A stretch of DNA of 64,000 nucleotides from Balanoglossus misakiensis (taxonomy: Eukaryota > Animalia > Hemichordata), in assembly GCA_040954595.2 (NCBI GenBank), contig CM082593.2:6665579-6729578 (forward strand), in the 5' to 3' direction. This document shows, piece by piece, positions 1 to 14,000 of this stretch (position 1 is the first letter of the stretch; each line of letters opens with the position of its first letter). Made by a program: the position numbers and the translations under genes. The notes below the pieces were generated by a model that worked only from the letters and a program-made list of their open reading frames with translations, made no database searches and had not been told where the DNA came from.

Positions 1-1600
1 TTGATAAAATGAGTATAAAAATCACAGAAGTTTCCCTATAGTACTGGTTTGATACAGTTATTGCTATGAAAGATTGTTTTTGCATGTGCCTGGGGTTTGT
101 GAAAGGAATTCACCCCCACTAAGATGGCTTTCAGAAAATCTGAAATAGAAAAGAAATGTAGAAATTCTGCATCAAATTCACCAGGTGTTCTGTAGCCACC
201 CACCAGCAAACCCAAACCAAATTTGCACGACACATTTTTTTTTCTTTAAATTTTCAACCCCAAAGAACCAGAACTCACAATGTTTTGTGAGAAAATGAAG
301 AGACACGATAAAAAGTGATAAAAATATAGTATTTGACAGTCAAAGTTTCATATTGACAAATTCTGTAGCTATCCAAAATGCAGCAAAATATATAGAGCAG
401 GCTTTTCTAAAACGAAGAGACATTCTATACAAGAACAGGTAAATGCTACGTCTCACTGAATGCTGTACTTTATATAATGTACTTGTTCATGTTGTGATAA
501 TAAAGTGACATATAGGCCCATAATGGGCTGGGATGTTTATTCCTCGTGTCACTGTAATAAACCACACTACTACTGACTACCTAGGAAGCAAATGAAATTA
601 GCAACTGTGGTCTAAACAGGTCATAACACTTAACTACATCACAATTTCAATTCAGCAACCTCTCCCTTTCACTGACAAACACACTTGGTGATCTCAATTG
701 AAATGGCGTGATTTGCATACTTGAAGATCATCGCTATTCAGGCCCCCAAGTAAATGACTTCGTTAAGTCCTGGCATTCACTGACTTTGAACAGTGCAGGA
801 CTAAAGAATGCTATTCATGTTCTAGAACTTTCTGAGCTCTGAAAGTCAAAATCTTGTTTTGACTCAAACAAGCCCCGTCATTCACAATCTCTTCCTTCCT
901 TCCAAAGTCTACCAAAAGTTCGACTATTGATAAAATAATAGTGATTGATCCATGACTGGATGTGAAAGAATGTTTTCACAATGAAATACATACAGCAGAA
1001 CCTTGAACTTGGTCTTTGGGAAGACAAAACTTTTTGATTGATGCTGAGTATATGTATACCCCTCGGTAATTCTGTATCTACCTTCTGATTACTATTTTTT
1101 TTTTTTTTTTTGCTTCTTGGCCTCAACAAATGACAGCAGAGAAAAAAACACAATTCCAAATGGAGCAAAACAAGATAAAGGCTTTGTCTTTCCCACCACC
1201 GATTTTAACTTCATTACACACCATTGTAAAGTTCTTGCACAGCCACAATGGAATTCAGATAAACTCATCTTGATCTTAACCCTCAGCCCTCATTCAAGGG
1301 CTTTGTTCCATCCAGCCTTTCAATTGCAAAGACACATTACCCCCGAATTAACAGGGCACATACCAACAACTTATAAACCCTGGACAGATAACTCACGATC
1401 ATAGTGAAAGGGCACATATTACATAACACAAACTTTTCAAAAAAGTACTGAAGTTTAAGTCACTTCTCGAAGCAACATTGCATTTCTCAACTTTTACAGA
1501 AAAAAATGTCAGTACAACATGATCTAAAGTTCCAAACGTCTTCAAGTATATGCCGGCCGCTCTCCCGAAGCACCTATAGTAGAACTGAAAGTCATTTTAA

Positions 1601-1685
1601 CCTTTTCACCCCCATTTCTCTTTATAGAGGTCCAACTTTACCATAGAAAACAATAGATTTGGACCAAACTATGGTTGTGAAAGGG
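1601..1685. mobile_element. ~85-bp TTAA-flanked micro-MITE (piggyBac-like CC..GG termini), copy 1
   Basis: ttaa-ccttttcacc...gtgaaaggg-ttaa; related copies at 2543-2586 (truncated), 8475-8559, 25957-26043, 32968-33041, 42472-42556 and a degenerate one at ~47447-47528. Confidence 0.75.
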
Positions 1686-2079
1686 TTAAATTGAGCCAAT
1701 CAAGAGATCATGACAACGTATTTATGGTGTGTAGTTTTCACGACGAGAATGATTCTGATAATTAAGTAACAACTTTTCTTAATACAAAATCAGAACTCCA
1801 GCACAATTTCCCATACCTCCAGTTCTGGTTGTGTATAAAGTAAAGACCATCCCACGATATGAATTTTCCAACCTTATAAACTCATTTAATGATGCTCTCA
1901 AAAAGTAACAATGCTACTCAATGTTTCAGTTACTCCAAAACTCTGCAGCATAGAAAAAGTTGTAAGCACATGGCTATGAAGAAAACACATAGCATAAAGT
2001 ATTTAATCAGCGATATAGGCATGCGTTATATAAAATATTTGTCTCTGAAGGAAAAATATCCTAATGGTTGAACCGGTGC

Positions 2080-5000
2080 TCAGTTGTCCATTTTCAGACC
2101 ACACTTGCGTCGAAATTCCTGTCCAACTTCATGGATCCATTTATTACACACTGCAAGAGAAAACAGAGAAACCGCTTACTTTCAAACAGGCAGCTTGATT
2201 GGTCAATGAGTGTGTTATATAGCAGCACATTTAAGTATCAATGCATTTCATTGGCTAAAGTAAATCATGTGACTCACTCTAGTGTATACACAATGTACAT
2301 GAAAACCTAGGAATTTTATATCATATTTTACATATTATGTTCAATGACTTGTCACATTTTAGACATTGCCATGACAACTTATCACATTTACATATCACCA
2401 TGGTAACTTACCCCATTTAGATCCTACTAAGACTGGGCATGCTGCATGCCTTGTTGAGTAATCGCCCTCACCGGATTTTAACAGGTTATACCAGAACGCT
2501 GCTGTACCCTGAAAACAGCCAATAAAACATATATGTAATTAACCCTTTCACCCCCAGTTCCCTATTTAGAGGTCCAACCTTACCATCTGCAATCTGACTG
2601 CATGATATGTTCTGTCAATATATCTACAGCATGCAATCCAGTCTATTCCTGACAAAAACATCTCATCTCAACTTATTTCACTAGCTCAACTTTCTCTCTT
2701 GCACACACAAAATGAACTGCACCAACACGCACTAAAACAATCTCTTATCCAGTATCGAAATGAAAGAAAAATACCGAAACATAACTTACTTTTTCCGGGA
2801 CGAGCCTGGCCCCGACATGTGGAAACACAGTGGCTCCTCCAGCAGTTACATCACTCATCTGATAATTAAAAATAAACCAACATATGACTGTAATTTTTCC
2901 CACATTTATTTATTCATCAAATTTGCAGCACGTAAAACCACTCAGGATTCAGTCTGTCAACACAGCTTGCACAGCCAGTTCTGTTACTGTCAACGAGTGA
3001 ATTTATGTCCCAGCTTGAGCTTAATGAACTAGTTCACTCACATAGAATAGCACAGTTGCAATTCTGTTGCCAGTCTGCAACTCTTTGAAGGCGTTGATTT
3101 CTTCTTTCTGTGAAAAGATGGAGACAGAATATGTTATCGTAAATCAAACATATCAGAAGGGAAATCAATTCTTGTGAATTCTTAACTGCATACATAATTT
3201 TCCACTACGTTTAAATGCCATAACACAGTGGGTTCAGAGATCAGTCGCATTTTGACTGACTGAGACAGTTCTGTATACATGTATTTCCTGCTAAACATGA
3301 ACATGTGAGTGGTCTAAAAAAAACACTGTCTTCCTACATAACCACACACATTTTCATCTTCTGTTGTTATGGTCTAAATGTCACTAATCACACAGAATTT
3401 CAGTTTAAATGTCATACATTTATTCCCCACTACTGACCCAAAACAAACCCAAACAGCTGGAAGCCAGTAAAAAAAAATGTTCATGTTTACATAGTTCCTC
3501 GTAACAAAATTTGTTGTGTCAGTTTGCAATGGGCACAAGAGTCAACTATAGCCATATTGAGCAAATACCACACAGAGCTTGTAACACGCGGCGATGTCTA
3601 TCCTTTTCTGTGACACTATCTTTGCCTCGACAAAGAATACCCAGACGACCCGATACTCACCTTCCTCCGAGAGAAGTCGTAGTGAGGAGCGTAGTGGCCA
3701 CCGATGCCATAATTGGCAACCTGCAACAAAGTAACAAGTCGGAGAAATTCTTACCGAGCTGTCTCGTTAGTACCAACTTACCCTGGCAAAGTCAAAATGA
3801 GGCTCGTAGTGTCCACCAAGACCGTAGTTAGCAACCTGAAATCGAGAGAGCGTCATTAGTTCTTGCATTGCGGTGAATAACTCGCATCCTGTGAAAATGG
3901 TGAAACTCTTCAGGATACAGAGATCTATGTAGCTCCTCTGAAATTCATTTGTATTATGTGAAAACTGGGATCCATAATCTCGCATTTAAATTTTGCAGCC
4001 TATTCAAGATATTTTCCTCACAAGGGCATCTATATGCTCTACCAAGTAGATTTTGAAATAACATTATTTTGCACTCGGGGACACAGACCCTAGTGTCTCT
4101 GCTGGTACCAGTAACTTTCCCCCCATTTCATATTTTTCAAATATACTAAAACAACACACGGTTTCAATTCTCCCTTAAGAACCACAATGTACCAGTAACT
4201 CTCTATTTCAAATTTTCGTCATGTACAGATCACTTATTTTACCACGTCACTCGTCAGAGCAATGTCAAATGTTCAATCTTTTACAATACAGATTGTCTTG
4301 CAAATTCATCCTCAGATGAATATTAAAGTCACCCAAACAATCTTGCCAACTTTGACTGCATGTGTACTTCAAATCAACATCAAACATGAAATTTGTCACT
4401 CACAAATATTTTGTTAACAAAAACACAAATAGTGCTGTTCACATTTTTCGTGTAAAGAAAATTACTGATCAATCTTTCGATGTCACTAGTGTTGGTGGCC
4501 ATTTTAGATGCATGTATCGTGAAATTTGTTAACGTATTACATTTTTGTGTAGTAAACATGTCAAAAGCTGGCAAGTTTGTTTGGTTGAATATACTGCAAA
4601 ACACCTTATTTTCGCGAGAAATAAATTTTCGCGAAATACGCGAGAGCCAAAATAGCGTGAAAATAAAAAGTCGTGTAAAAATTTTTTGAAGATAACGATG
4701 CAGTGAATGAAATAAGAGAACGCGAAAACTAATGCCGTACTCACGAAACAGTGGCCTCTCTCGATTTCGCGAAAATTTCAACTCGCGAAAATAAAGTGTT
4801 TTACAGCAGACACTGGGACAAGCACACTCACCTGAAGTTCTTCAGCGGTTTCCATGGTGAGACCGGTGTATTGCTCCAAACGGGTGCTAACCTTCCTCAC
4901 CACGTCGTCGTCTCCGTCTTTCAGCCACGCACTTTTGCTGATGCGGTACTCGGCGAACTCAAGGTTGCCTGTCACCGAGTTCTGAATGGTGGCCCGTCTC

Positions 5001-8000
5001 AGCTAGAACGACAAGTAGAAGAAAAACCAAAACGTTGTCTTACAGGTCATGTGATAAGTCTTGGGGGGGGGGGAAGAGTTAGATGTGCAAAGATCAGATG
5101 TGGCCAATATAGGTGACCACACAAAGACATTAGTGATGTGAGTGCGTTCTTGGCTGGAAAGCTGAGAGAACAAGGCCAGACGTGGGGTCACTCCACAGAC
5201 AGGGAAGAAAGCAGACAAGTGCCATTTACACACATGTTGTCCTATCACTGCACAAAAACACAAGATAGGGGCAACAGTTTGTAATGACCACATGAAGAGA
5301 TTCACAAACAACCCCAGTCTCCGCATTGAGACAATGCAGCACCAAAATCCGGCACATACGACAGTCATGGAGAGTAACAGAATAAGAAATGTTTTCTTCT
5401 CAAGACAAAGCCATGGGTATATTAAGGAATATCGATTTTGCTGGAACTTTGAAACGTCCATGTAGATTCGGACATGAATTTAGCAGATAATGCTTAGAAT
5501 AAGAGTCTTGTCCATCTTGTTGGTGTCTAAAGTAAATAATGATATTGTATATAGCATCTAAAGATTTTTATATGTGTCTTGTAAAATTTGGGTATATTTA
5601 GTACAGATAGGTTGTCACGAAGACGGGTGTAGTCACAGCTTTACACCAGTTTGACTTTTCTCATCTTTTCTACGGAGTGAATTGACCGAGAAACCAATGT
5701 GAGTGACAGCAACCAATCAGGTGCCAACAAAGGTTGTCTTGGCAACACCAGTAACCAACCAATCCAGGCAATGGTTGCCCTGCATCACAGCACAGCCAAT
5801 CAGATCAGACTGCATTCTTTGTCTTCAAACAGCAACTCTAAGAAACTGAAGCTTGATCACATAAATTGGGGGGGCCGGGCGGACACACAAAACCAGATCA
5901 AAATGCGTGGGTTGCATTTTCGTGAAATATTTCGGATAACAATTTCGACTTTGAACTTCCCTCGAAACAGGAACTACACATGCAAGTTTACAGCGACAGG
6001 ATTTTGCCTTCCCACATGACCAAGGTACTCAGGACAGTGGGTTGGAACAGCAGGTAAGTGAGGGATATCATAAGCAGTGCCACATGCAAGCCTACAGCAG
6101 GAGATACTGCCATGCTTAAAGCATACGGACGTGACATTTTGTTAAAAGCATGCCTATGCCTACAATAAAGCGAAATAAACTCAGGGAAATGGACATCAAT
6201 ACACAGACTGCTTTTTAAACAGCAACAGGAAAATGCAGACTGCCACACATGACACTGATGGGTGGGAACGAGAAGCTGCAATGGTACATCAGCTACCAGC
6301 TGTGGTAAATTATTATAATTTTTTTGGATCTGCGGATAGCGGATGTACCCAACAGCCTCTGAAAGAACAAAGTTTTGGTTTTTAATTTCCAGAACCCGAA
6401 GCGAGCACCGTTCGGAACCACGTGACAGGCAACCCTGAAATTGGAATCAAAAAGTCATAGCACAGAAAGCAATTTGTTCAGCGAAAAAATCATTCAGCAA
6501 GAACATGAACTCTGTCCCAGTGTAAGCCCTGACCATCTTATGGATGTAATATGACAGTGCAGATCACAGCCAACTCTGCAGGTTTTTTTAGGCCCATCTA
6601 TTTGATTTGCAATCCCAAGCAAGATTTAATCACTGTAATACACAATCAGTGATCCTTCAAGCAGCACACAGCCATTAGTTCGCAAACAAATACACAGGAT
6701 TTGTCGTTTATATTGGGTATACACGTCTAATTCAAAAAGTGCAGAAATGAGGCAAGACCTGGGGAGAGAGGGCTTACACTAGGACAGACAGGATAAAAAC
6801 AATCTCAAAATCTATTAAAAACCAAAACAATCACATTAAAGCATGAAACGGCATTATAAACATCAGTTACATGTAGGTGCAATTTGAAACATGACTGCAT
6901 TCTGCTTTGCTAGAAGACATATACCTATGGAATCTAATAACAGAAGTTACATACAGTCTTAGATTCCAATATACCAGTCTTCAGAAACTTGGAAATTTTC
7001 ATTCCAAAGTCGGGAATTATTCATAACATAAATCATGGTGAGAACATAGCAAGAGTACTGAACATGAAGATAAAAATAATAGTTCTTTATATTCCAATCT
7101 CTATTATGTACAGATGGACTTTTCCCCCTCACTTGCAATGTACATTACCCTTCTGTATCGTAATTTTTGTCCACTCCCACTGTTTAACACAGTGTGGCCG
7201 GACTGTTCTACAGGGAAATGGGGGGGTTGGGGGTTCACCAGGGAGGGACAGCTGAGAAAATCATGCCTCTTACTTTAGGTGCTGCCAGTGACTTGATCCT
7301 CTCGATTTCTGAATCACTGAGGGCATCCCTGTACAGAATCAGCTTCGGTTTGTCAAAGACGACTTCTTCTTTCGCGGGCTGCAGGAACAGGTAGGGTCTG
7401 TTGTAATGCCGATAACGGCATTTTAACATCTTCTCTGTTTGGGGTGTCTGTTGGAAAAAGGAGGACAGAAAAAAAAACTGACTCTACTAGTATGTCCTGC
7501 TGTGGTAATTTCCAAGAAAATGATTTTCCTTCACTGCTTGTTTAATAACGACTGCAAAACAATCATATGTTTTCATGTTGTCACCATACACCTATCTGTT
7601 CATGGAAATACAGTGGACCCTGGCTGTAAAGTAGCACCGCAAATTGACCATTTCCAAGGTTCTCATCAATCAGTTTGATTAATTTAAGAAAATTTTCCCA
7701 AAACTATGTAACTATGAAATCTTGAACGTTGACAACCATATTTCATTGAAAGTGCCAGGATGTAAGATCATGAAGGGGTCACAGAAAATGACCAACACTC
7801 TGTCACTGTAGTCAAACTAGTAAGTACATGTAGTGGGCCCCCTTACTACTATAAAGCTGATACCCCCAAAAGCCAGTTACTGAGATGGACCCTAACACCC
7901 ATGAATTGGTGAACGCTCACTGTACAGCAGTTGAAGCTGTTTTTCTTGTTTTCCCGATCTTACCATCATGACCTGTTCCCCTCTGCACAGAGCTTCATAA

Positions 8001-11000
8001 GCGTCTCTCTCCGGCACATTACTGACGGGTTTGTGGTCCTCCAGGAAATCTATTTCTTCCTCGTCCTCCTCCTCCTCGTCCGGCAGATCCCCCATGTCCC
8101 CTCTCTGCTTGGCATTGATGTTCAGCTCGTTTTCAAAGTACGCCTTGTTGCCCAGGCCTCTCTCATGTGTAGGATCTGCAAGTGAGGTCAGCGTTTGATT
8201 TTAGCAAAGATGGAGCACTTTTCGAATTTGAAATTTATCTTGTTTGTTATAATTTGTTGACTAACTAGTAGATACTTGCCAGTTCTTTGAGAGAAAAGAA
8301 AAGTTGTACATGTTGACATCCGTCAATCACACTTACTGATTCTCAAGAGTTGATTCGTCAAGCGAAGGGCCTCCTTCACATCACCAATCTATGTAATGAA
8401 ACAATTAATTGAAGTGGTAAGAATTCAATCTAAAACCACAGATTTCAGGTTGAGTAGGTATAATTTGACCATAACCCTTTCACCACCATGGTTCAGTCCA
8501 AATCCATTGTTTTCTATGGTAAGGTTGGACCTCTAAAGAGGGAACTAGGGGTGAAAGGGTTAAACAAAGATACCAGGTGAAGGTTGACAAACACAAAACA
8601 ATAATTTTGTGACAATCCCACCACTACCACCATAGTAAATGTTATTGGTGGTCTGTTGTGTACCGGGTGCTCTGTAGGGGCCAACATGACTGGCAAGGCA
8701 ATGATATTGTCAGCAAATACCAAGACGGCACTCTATCGACCACCAGGCCTGGACAAACTCACCATGTAAGTGGAATAGGACAGATAATCCAGAACAACAG
8801 CTTTATCTACAGAAGGAATGTCTTCATTCTCAACTCGTCTGAGAGCTTCCCTCATCCATATCACTGTGTGATAGTTGTCTGTGTCTTCATAGGCCACCCG
8901 GCCTAACTCAAAACATTCTTGTGCTGCAAAGATCAACATTTTTTTTTTATGTAACTTTTTTTAATAATATAATTTTGCTAACAATATTTTGGTAACTTTT
9001 AAGTTGAGAATACCTTTTTTACATTTCTGTTACGAATTGTTGACTGGAATAACTCATAACTACCCGTGATGATGTGAACTATAACTTCTGTTACAGTTGT
9101 TAGAGTATTTAATATCTTATCTCGGTAACCTAGGTTTGAGTGTTTCAGAATGCAGACCAGTGTGCAAACCCCCCAGATGCCTAGCAAATAATTATCTAAA
9201 ATTTGATCCACCAGTGCAGTAAATGTTGATTGTACAGCCACAATATGATTAGTTGAAATAAATAATTTAGTAATTTAGGTCAAAAGCCTCATGCAGTTAA
9301 CAACATGCTATCCAAAATCATGAGGTTTAAAAGTGTACCTTGGTACCAGCATCTTTTGCCGCATTATACCAGTTTGATGTTTTTTATTTACCCGATAAAT
9401 TAAACATGTCACTGACTCACTTGTTTGCAATCCATGCATTGTGGCTGCTAATAAATTTTATATTTGACTCAATATCCAAATCAGTTGCACAAAACTGATA
9501 TTAGCTGACTGCTCTTGTGATAAATATACTAAATGATCATTACATCTCGTTTTAGACAGATCAAAACTAGGACAGGCATAATTGTAACTTAAGATGTTTC
9601 CTAAAACTGCCTTGCCAGCCAATGACATGTATTTTACTGTGAAATTCATCACAAAAATGTTCTGGGGTGAACTGAAACTCAATAATTATGAAATTATGTT
9701 ATTAGAAATGTTATTACTTAACACGCAAGCCAAGATAAACACCAAGATGAACAGTATTAATATTGTTCTCCACTAAAACTACATTTTTTTCAAGACAATT
9801 CTGTTATTTTACAGAACGATCCTGTCCTTGTAGTGTGATAAACAGAAACATCTGGAAGTCTGTCTTGATGATATGTGGGAAGAGGTCAGAGGTCACGGAA
9901 ATATGTCGGATGACAGAGAGTAGGCTGTTGCTTCTACTGTTTGTAATCAAGACATGGCCGGCAGTAATGGCCGACGTGATAACCTACAGACTGCAGCCGT
10001 TTTGACACTTTTTTGAAAAACGGGTGACGTTTCCAACAACTAGCAGCAAACGACAATGGCACCGTTTTAATTAATAAGTCTTATTTATTGGATGACACGG
10101 TCCCCGTTGAGATTTGGCAATTACCCCCAGTATAACATTAACTAGTTTTGGGGGTGATGATAACGTGTCAATGTAGACACAACTAATGAAAAGCCACTGT
10201 GCAGTCAGCCTACCCTGGGGGTGGTTCTCCCTCTAGTCTAAAACAAATTTATACAAAGTTATTCAGTTTACACATCCCACCATGCTGGAATATCCATTAA
10301 AATTTCTCAGTCGATTCTGTTTGAGCACAGCAGTAAACATTTAACTTCAGGGCCTGTGCATGACTTACCTTAAAGGGACAAAGTCTCTCTCTCGCTGCCC
10401 TTTTCCCATTAATTATGTTTGATGCAAGACACCCTTTATGTTATTCTACATGTGGATATATAGTGAATCAACGTTCGACCACACAGAACTTCCATCCCGC
10501 TTGTAGACACGAGAGTGAAAAACTCACCAAAATGAATAATCGGTCTCTACCATTTATTCATTTTGGCGAGATTTTTACTCTCATATCCTATAAATGGGAT
10601 GGAAGTTGTGTGTGGTCGAATGTTGATTCACTATATGTCCACATGTAGAATAACATAAGCGGTGTGTTGTATCAAACATAATTAATGAAAAAAGGGCAAC
10701 GAGAGAGAGACTTTGTCCCTTTAATTTTAGTCATGATGATTGAATACTTTTACTTCAACGGGTTACTGTTAGTGTTATTTATCACAGTGCGGTGTGGTTT
10801 AATCAACAGAAAAGAGAACTTACCATTCATTGTTGGACTCTGTTCAGTATTCTGGATGTTGCCATCGGCGATATCGGTAGCGGAGAGTTTGTACGTCTCT
10901 TGAAGACGGAAGAGAGCAATGGCGGCACCTTTGAAATCTTCCTTATTCGGGAAGTACTGACGATGGTAGGAAATATTGGTCTGGTAGTCTGTGAAGGAGA

Positions 11001-14000
11001 ATTATATATTCAGCTTGATTAAAAACTTCAACCATTATCAGTGTTTTGTGACTGTACATCATATTTAATCAGAACAATGTTTATCCCAAACAACATAACT
11101 GGACAAAACTCTACCTCTTATCAATATTTCAGCATATATTGATTAACACTTTGGAAAGGTACACTATAGATAAATCATATAAATTTGTGACCTTTTTAGC
11201 AGAGACAACACATTAAAGGGACAAAGTCTCTCTCTTGCTGCCCCTTTTCCATTAATTATGTTTGATACAAGACACTGTTTATGTTATTCTACAAGTGGAT
11301 ATATAGTAAAGTAACATTTGACCACACACAATTTCCATCCCGTTTGTAAGATATGACAGTACAAATCTCACCAAAATGAATAAATGGTAAACACCGATTA
11401 TTCATTTTGGCAAGTTTTTCACTCTTGTGTCTACAAGCGGGATGGAAGGTGTGTGTGGTTGAACGTTGATTCACTTTATATCCACAATGTAGAATAACAT
11501 AAATGCTGTCTTGTATCAAACATAACAAATTGAACAAAGGGCAACAAGAGAGAGACTTTGTCTCTTTAAGAGGTAAAGCTAGTCAAAACCAAGGACAGTC
11601 ACTTACCAGATGCAAAGCTGGTCTGAGCGAGGTCATCCACTCGATTCCAGTCCACCAGGAAACGCTTGACCGTCAGGAAAGCGTTGACCGGATGATGCAG
11701 GTAGCCCTCTGCATCTTCCATGGCCCTCTTTGTCAACACTTCAAAGTTATCCGCAAGACTATAAGGCAAAGATGTCGAAATAGTGAGAATGACCAATTCA
11801 CAATTATGAATATAAGGTCAAATAAGGAAATTTTTGCGATATCAAAAGAGGCAACTGTTACGCGAGGATTAATTTTCGCATTCTCGTATTTCACTAACTG
11901 CATCGTTATCTTCGAAAAACATTTTACACGACTTTTTATTTTCATGTTTTTTTGGCTCTTGCACATTTCGCAAAATATATTGCTCGCGAAAATAACCCGT
12001 TTTACAGTAGTAGATTGACACCAGTAAAGATGTCACCCCACCCCCCTACTACAGTAATCCTAGTCCTTTCTTGAATAACCCCTTTCACCCCCCATTCAAC
12101 CGTTAATGGATCTGACCCCTGAAAAGAATGGAATGAACCCAAAGTTCATTTGTGACAAGGGTCAGAAAAGGCCACTACTCAAGTTTGAAAGTGACCTTAC
12201 TTTCCAATACTACATTCCTAGTAAGGCTGCATTCACAAACACCTCTGGAGGGGGGGGCGGGAGAATTGAGGGGGGGGATTTGAAAAAATTGAGGGTATGT
12301 AAGGGGGGGATTTGAAATAATTTAGGGACTGAAAGGGGGGGACTTGAAAACTTTAACGACTAAATATTTATTTTGAGTCCACAAAAATGCAGTTTCGCGC
12401 CCTTTATTTTACAAAATTTTCTAATGTGGGAGGGGGACACCCCCTCCCACACCCACCCCCTCCATTCATCAACACCTTTCAATCATTGACTGGTTTATCT
12501 AGTATCCCAGGTCAGGGGACTTGCCCCCACCCCATGATAACTTTGAGCAGCGACGGTTAAATTTGTCCTCCCCAACATACCGGTAGTTGAGTTAATTTGC
12601 TTTTGCCGGGTTCATTAAAATGCAGCTTTGAGCTCTGTATTTTAGAAAATTTTCTTACGTGGGAGGGGGACACCCCCTCCCAAACCCACCCCCTTCAATT
12701 CTCGGTTTACAATGTCTCCCAACACAGAATACAAATATATGTACTTAAAAAATAAAAACAATGTTCAGTTTTAATACCCACTGATGAGGGAAAACATCAG
12801 TTTCAAATTCTTTTCATGGGAGCGCTGTTTTTCTTTTTACAAGATAGATAGGTGATGTGTTTTGCTCAGTGAAAGAAAATGGGGGGGGGGGATTTCAAAA
12901 TTTTGGCAGTTCGGAAGGGGGGGATTTGAAAATATTGGCAGTTCGGAAGGGGGGCATGTGAAAATTAGCGGTAAAAAAATTTGAATTCTCCCGCCCCCCC
13001 CTCCAGAGGTGTTTGTGAATGCAGCCTAAGTGCTAGTGAAAGACTGGCCTTGGAGAAAAATGGCCGCTGAACAAAGACTTGTTTGTGCCAGGGGCAGTGT
13101 AACTTTATGAGGATTTATTAAAATGTCACCGGTAGGGGTCAGAAACCTTGTGAAAGAATGTCTTTTTCTGAAAAGGTGCTCCTAAGATATAACCATTTTC
13201 TTTTGTGAGATGGCTGGAATCACATTGGAAGAAACTGACCACAACTGCCATAGTCATCTTTCAAAATTGCATTGACATGAAAATTGACCTGTTCCAACCA
13301 ACCTGTAAGAAAGCAAGGTTTTGTTGGCAATGTCCATGACCAGTTGGTCACAATTGTGTGAAAAATGCCCAGCCGTAAATGCTGTGTACCCCATCACAGC
13401 CACACTATAGTCTGATCCTACCATTTTCACTTGATGTGGCTTGCCCCACGACAGTGAAATGGGGATGAAAGGATGTAATAGCCATTTACAGTGACCTCAT
13501 GATCGCCATGCCACTTGAGGTCAAATGTCACCTCAGTGTCTCAACCCAATTCACTGATCAGAACAGCTGAGGCATCGACAAAGCATGTACATAGACTCTG
13601 CTATATCAGGTCACACATCAGATCAATCTTTCTAACAAAGTTTTCAGGCACAAGTCTTTACACGGAAATTTTTGGGGCACCAGTTAGCCAAAATTCTGTT
13701 CTTGAGAATTTAGTTGACCACTTGACCACTGATGATAGATTACCATAACAGACAGTAGTTGTAACTTTGGGGTATATCTGGTCTATTTTTTGTTCTGTAT
13801 ATCATCTTTACTTTCTTATTCTACTCTTCATAACACACTAAAATACCTGCCAACATTAAACTGGTATAGCCAATAGTGGAACATTAAGGCTTATAGCAAA
13901 ACAAAACAGGGAAAAACTGATGCATTCCGAACCCATGATGAAGACATTACATAATTTGCCATGCTAAGACAGTGGCTTACTTCACCGCAAGTTATATAAC

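Noticed and set aside
3491-3550. Possible P4HA2 12b-like alternative exon ending ...RNY|gtaaa
   Set aside because: The translation lacks GNRxAT and there is no convincing acceptor.
4380-4781. Overlapping ORFs of 69-133 aa, with similar ORFs at 10415-10648, 11289-11537 and 11733-11966
   Set aside because: Their mutual similarity comes from MITE copies; no transposase motifs.
5003-7273. Search for a vertebrate-type P4HA1 exon 9/10 mutually exclusive partner in this intron
   Set aside because: No sense-strand RAT(I/V)..TG exon found by eye; the only similar sequence is antisense (6406-6438), so it was read as a pairing element rather than an exon.
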